38,264 nucleotides of DNA from Rickettsiales bacterium (GTDB taxonomy: Bacteria; Pseudomonadota; Alphaproteobacteria; Rickettsiales; UBA1997). Below the pieces are notes generated by a model. It searched no databases and had not been told where the DNA came from. It was given only the letters and a program-made list of their open reading frames with translations. The stretch spans positions 1 to 38,264 of the forward strand of contig CANKYC010000001.1 in NCBI GenBank assembly GCA_947487845.1. Direction: 5' to 3'. Of this stretch, positions 34,459 through 38,264 are shown piece by piece; position 1 is the first letter of the stretch; each line of letters begins with the position of its first letter. The translations under genes were made by a program, and so were the position numbers.

Positions 34459-37065
34459 ATGACAAAAATTGTAATTATCGGTGGCGGAATTGCTGGTTGC
34501 ACAACGGCTTTGGAATTGGCAAAAAATAATCCTGAAGCGCAAATTATAATTCTTGAGCAAGCCCAAGAAATCCTTCAAGGCACCAGCGCCAGAACTCCGG
34601 GAAGAATGGGATTGGGCTATCATTATTTTGATGCCCAAACCGCCAAAACTTACATGCAACACACGATTGGTTTTATGAAAAAATATTCAGATTGTTTTGT
34701 GGGCGAAGAATCAACGCCGCATCTACAAAGTGGCAGATATTTTATTGTTAAAGATTCCATTTTGCCGCCAGATGAAGTTTTGGCGGGCTATGAAAAAATC
34801 TCATCTCATTTCCAAGAAATTTGTGCCAAAGATGAAAGCAACAATATTTTTCAAACCCAGCGTTTGCACGAAATGCTAGATTCTAGCCAGTTTGAAGGCG
34901 GCGTTGATCCAAAAAAAATAGCTTACGCCATTCAAACCAAAGAGCGTTTGCTCGATTGGAAGAAATTTGATTCACGAATCAAAGCAGAATTGGCGCAGCA
35001 CCAAAACATTAAAATCAGAACCAATTTTAAAGTAGATAAAGTTTCTCCTCGCCAAGGCGGAGGCTTTATTTTTCCTGATTCAGTTGAGGGCGATTATGTC
35101 GTCAATTGCACTTGGCAAAATATCGAACAGCTAAATCAAAAACTTGGTTTGGGCGACGCGCATTTCAAAAAAGAAAATCCAAAAGAATCAGCCACCGCAA
35201 GGCTAAAATTGTTAGTCGAAGTTGCGCTTTCGCCGCAATTAGAGCGCGCCCATTCAATGTTTTTCTGCTTTGGCGAGCATGCGATGTTTTCAAATTTAGG
35301 AAATGGAATTGGCAGAATCACCTACGCGCCCGTCACAAATTTTGGCACAACAACAGAAAGTGAAATGCCAGCGCAGTGGCAAAAATGGCTTGCAAAAGGT
35401 TTGAGCGCGGAGGAACAACAAAAATACGGACAAAAAATAATTGATGGCGTCAGCCTTTATATTCCAGCAATGGCGGACGCAAAAGTTAATGGCGTGATTG
35501 CCGGAATTGTTAAATCAAAAGGCGAAGTTGAACTTTCAAATCCAAACAGCTCATTTCACAAAAGAGCTTATAGCGGGGTTGAAGAACAGCAAATTGGCTG
35601 GATCGACAACGCCGCGATGAAATTATTTTATTGCCTTGATAACGCCAAAGAAGTTGCGGAGATAATTCAAAATCAAGAGCAAGTTTCGCCAGTTTTGGAC
35701 GCAGCCGCTAAATCAATTGCCAATCAACTGCCTGAAAAAACTAAAAAAATTGCAGAAGATTTTTTTCAATTTCATTTACGCAGAAATTTTTCGTCGAATT
35801 TAATTTTGCCTGAAATTACTCAACAAGCGGAAAAAAAATCCCAACTACAAGATGAAGTAAAAGAATCGAGAATCGACAAATTAAAAAAAACTCCGCCACA
35901 AAAAACCTACCGCTTGATTTGCGTTTTAGATTCTGTGTCGCAGGGCGATGTAACTTTATCAAAGCTCGACGCCTCTCCTGATTACCTTCATATTCACGCG
36001 CTTGATTCAGAAATTTTGCCGTCAATTTCAGAATTTAAAAAAACTCTGCCGCCGCAATCTGAAAATATACCAAACTCAATTGAAGATCCCGACTTTAATA
36101 AAAACCAAAAATCTGTTGCGGATAAGACGATTCATTCGCCTTGGAGCAATTCAAAATTATCCAAATTAGACGATAAGTCGAATTTGATTAATCATAACAC
36201 GCTGACGCAATGGGGAATTCCGCTAGAACTTGCCACTAAAAGCAGAAGCCCAAAAGTTTCTTCGCAAGAAATTAAGCAGCGCGGTCAAATAGGAATTGGC
36301 TCGGCGGCTCGCGGCGACGAGCAAAGCGGAAATTTTATTGGTGGCGGCGAAGGATTTTTATTTGGTTCACAAAATTTTCGCATAACCAAAGGTGGTGAGG
36401 CTTTTTTGGTTGGGGATGAAGAAAATTTTTGGACATTTCAAGTTGCTGATTTTGCGGGTGCCAAAGCCATTTCAGATTCTGTTGGGCAAGAAATTTTGGG
36501 CAGGCAAAAACTTTTGGAAATGCTTAAAGAAAAATCTGGCGGCAAACCTTTTGTCGCGGTTTTTGACGCCGATCTTCACGAAGGATCTTTTGTTCGCAGC
36601 AACGGAATTTTCCCCGAAGATGATGTTGACAGAAAATCAGAATCAACATTCGACGCCAAAAAAGATCAAACACGCGGTGGTCATTTAGTTGGTGGCAGCA
36701 CCAATAAAGGAGATTTGCTTTCTTTGCGCGAGAAGTTTGGCGATGAAGAGCAAGCTGCTGCGAATGATTTTGGACTAACAATTAAAAGTAAAATTTTATT
36801 GAAAGCCGTTGATGAACTTGTAATTGCCAGAAGTGCCAAATCGCAAGCCTTGGAAGTTATCGAAAAAGATGGCTGGAACTTGAAAGAAGAAAATACTCAG
36901 AAAATTTTAGGATTTAAAAGACCTTTTGACGAACCTGCAATTGCCGAAAGCGCCAAAAAAGAATTCTCTTTAGAAAAGCCAAGAACCGAAATTCAAGTGC
37001 GTGAAGCGGAAGCGGCGATTAAAATTACAAATTTTCTGAAAGAAAAATCTGGCAAAATTTATTAA
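34459..37065 (+). CDS. FAD-dependent oxidoreductase (DAO-like N-domain, ~430 aa) fused to a ~430-aa C-terminal region of unknown function
   Basis: The N-terminal sequence KIVIIGGGIAGCTTALELAK...ILEQ is a Rossmann dinucleotide fold. I recognise no motif in residues ~440-868. Confidence 0.7.
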   Translation: MTKIVIIGGGIAGCTTALELAKNNPEAQIIILEQAQEILQGTSARTPGRMGLGYHYFDAQTAKTYMQHTIGFMKKYSDCFVGEESTPHLQSGRYFIVKDSILPPDEVLAGYEKISSHFQEICAKDESNNIFQTQRLHEMLDSSQFEGGVDPKKIAYAIQTKERLLDWKKFDSRIKAELAQHQNIKIRTNFKVDKVSPRQGGGFIFPDSVEGDYVVNCTWQNIEQLNQKLGLGDAHFKKENPKESATARLKLLVEVALSPQLERAHSMFFCFGEHAMFSNLGNGIGRITYAPVTNFGTTTESEMPAQWQKWLAKGLSAEEQQKYGQKIIDGVSLYIPAMADAKVNGVIAGIVKSKGEVELSNPNSSFHKRAYSGVEEQQIGWIDNAAMKLFYCLDNAKEVAEIIQNQEQVSPVLDAAAKSIANQLPEKTKKIAEDFFQFHLRRNFSSNLILPEITQQAEKKSQLQDEVKESRIDKLKKTPPQKTYRLICVLDSVSQGDVTLSKLDASPDYLHIHALDSEILPSISEFKKTLPPQSENIPNSIEDPDFNKNQKSVADKTIHSPWSNSKLSKLDDKSNLINHNTLTQWGIPLELATKSRSPKVSSQEIKQRGQIGIGSAARGDEQSGNFIGGGEGFLFGSQNFRITKGGEAFLVGDEENFWTFQVADFAGAKAISDSVGQEILGRQKLLEMLKEKSGGKPFVAVFDADLHEGSFVRSNGIFPEDDVDRKSESTFDAKKDQTRGGHLVGGSTNKGDLLSLREKFGDEEQAAANDFGLTIKSKILLKAVDELVIARSAKSQALEVIEKDGWNLKEENTQKILGFKRPFDEPAIAESAKKEFSLEKPRTEIQVREAEAAIKITNFLKEKSGKIY

Positions 37066-37353
37066 TCCAAAAGTTTCGAGACAGCTTGAAGAAGAGAAAT
37101 TTTCTTAAATTTATGTTTTGGTATAACCATTTTAATCTAGGTTAGTGCTTTATAATAGCCGAAAAATATGCTTGATAAACTGATTTTGAGTTGACGACAA
37201 AATTAATCGTCGCGATAGTTCTGCGCTGTTCAAAATCGGCTTTTAATAAAAATAAAATCTATTGCGAATGCAGCGATTCAGTCGTCTGCGAGAGCAATTC
37301 AAAATTTGCCAAATTCGACATAAGTTGAATTTCATTCAAGTATAATCAAGACA

Positions 37354-38264
37354 ATGACAATCTCACAAAAATCTTACCTAGAATCTAAATCATGGGCGTT
37401 TGAAGAAGCGCGGCGCATTTATGAAAAAGTTGGAGGTAAAACTCCTGCCAAAGGCTACGTGCTTTTTGAAACGGGTTATGGCCCGTCGGGTTTGCCGCAT
37501 ATTGGCACTTTTGGTGAAGTTGTACGCACTTCGTTTGTGCGTCACGCGTTTCAATGTTTGGCGCCCGAAATTCCAACGCGCATGTTTTGCGTTTCTGATG
37601 ATATTGACGGGTTGCGCAAAGTGCCAGAAAACGTGCCGCAGCAAGATTTGGTGCGGGCGAATTTGGGTCGTCCACTAACTTCGGTTCCTGATCCTTTTGG
37701 AACTCACGAATCTTACGGACACAACATGAACGCCCGTTTGCGCGGTTTTCTCGATGGTTTTGGTTTTGAATATGAATTTATCAGCGCCACTCAAAAATAT
37801 AAATCGGGCGCGTTTGATTCTACAATGTTGCGCGTGCTTGAAAAATATGACGAATTGATGGATTTGATGTTGCCAAGTTTGGGCGTTGAACGCCAAGAAA
37901 CTTACAGCCCGTTCATGCCAATTGATTTAGAAAGCGGAATTGTAATTGATAAAGGTGTAAAAGGCGTAAATAAAGAAAAAGGCACCGTGATTTATGTTGA
38001 TGGAAATGGCGTTGAAAAAGAAGTTTTGGTTGTGGGAGGAAATTGCAAATTACAGTGGAAAATCGACTTCGGCGCGCGCTGGTATTCGCTGGACGTTGAT
38101 TATGAAATTTATGGCAAAGATCACCAGCCAAACGAAAAAATTTATCGCCGCGTTTGCGAAATTTTAGGAGGCACGCCGCCAGTAAATTTCACTTACGAAA
38201 TGTTTTTGAGCGACACTGGCGAAAAAATTTCTAAATCAAAAGGCAACGGAATTTCGGTGGAAGA
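37354..38264 (+). CDS. lysK: Class I lysyl-tRNA synthetase, partial (continues past the window end)
   Basis: My own translation gives [28 protein letters not shown]...[18 protein letters not shown] (HIGH-type motif) ...DYEIYGKDH...KISKSKGNG (KMSKS-type motif). It is absent from the ORF track because no stop lies within the window. Confidence 0.9.
   Translation, partial: MTISQKSYLESKSWAFEEARRIYEKVGGKTPAKGYVLFETGYGPSGLPHIGTFGEVVRTSFVRHAFQCLAPEIPTRMFCVSDDIDGLRKVPENVPQQDLVRANLGRPLTSVPDPFGTHESYGHNMNARLRGFLDGFGFEYEFISATQKYKSGAFDSTMLRVLEKYDELMDLMLPSLGVERQETYSPFMPIDLESGIVIDKGVKGVNKEKGTVIYVDGNGVEKEVLVVGGNCKLQWKIDFGARWYSLDVDYEIYGKDHQPNEKIYRRVCEILGGTPPVNFTYEMFLSDTGEKISKSKGNGISVE

Noticed and set aside
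37385-38131. Minus-strand ORFs (37385-37675, 37675-37896, 37913-38131) and the plus-strand 37400-37678 ORF
   Set aside because: All overlap the strongly supported lysK frame, which carries HIGH-type and KMSKS-type motifs. They are off-frame or antisense artefacts.

Overview
AT-rich (by eye) chromosomal segment. It looks alphaproteobacterial and endosymbiont-like (Rickettsiales/Holosporales-like). That placement is an inference from a class I lysyl-tRNA synthetase, a short ~200-aa RNase D, an AmgK-type kinase, and Rickettsia-palindromic-element-like repeats sitting inside ORFs. No database search was possible.

Backbone genes are mostly housekeeping: cydB, rnd, polA, two LPS-type glycosyltransferases, sodB, hisB, nagZ, tatC, argH, ftsW-like, mutM, queH, ansB, tRNA-Gly(GCC), a BON lipoprotein, mtaB and lysK (runs off the 3' edge).

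Three things stand out:
1. A minus-strand block led by a 2390-aa ORF. It combines a signal peptide, a ~1100-aa Cys-rich ectodomain, a TrbL/VirB6-like polytopic membrane core and a ~900-aa repetitive hydrophilic tail. A canonical type IV pilin-like gene follows directly, then tatC and a lysine-rich histone-H1-like gene. No other type IV secretion or pilus genes are in the window.
2. A ~4.9-kb insert carrying a LysR regulator, a PLP Ser/Thr-dehydratase-family enzyme and an 868-aa FAD-oxidoreductase fusion. It is bracketed by a diverged direct duplication of the lysK promoter and 5' coding region, and the upstream copy is a decayed pseudogene.
3. A very dense load of at least five palindromic repeat families. 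One is MITE-like, with perfect 8-bp target-site duplications at three copies, including one that rewrote the mtaB stop codon. Another sits in-frame inside polA and mtaB. Two composite elements are GC-rich hairpin arms enclosing ~43-bp tandem repeats, and a degraded IS200/RayT-like transposase remnant lies beside one of them.

Smaller observations: an unlisted 44-aa LptM-like lipoprotein ORF, and a Tat/lipobox-type leader on the Fe-SOD.
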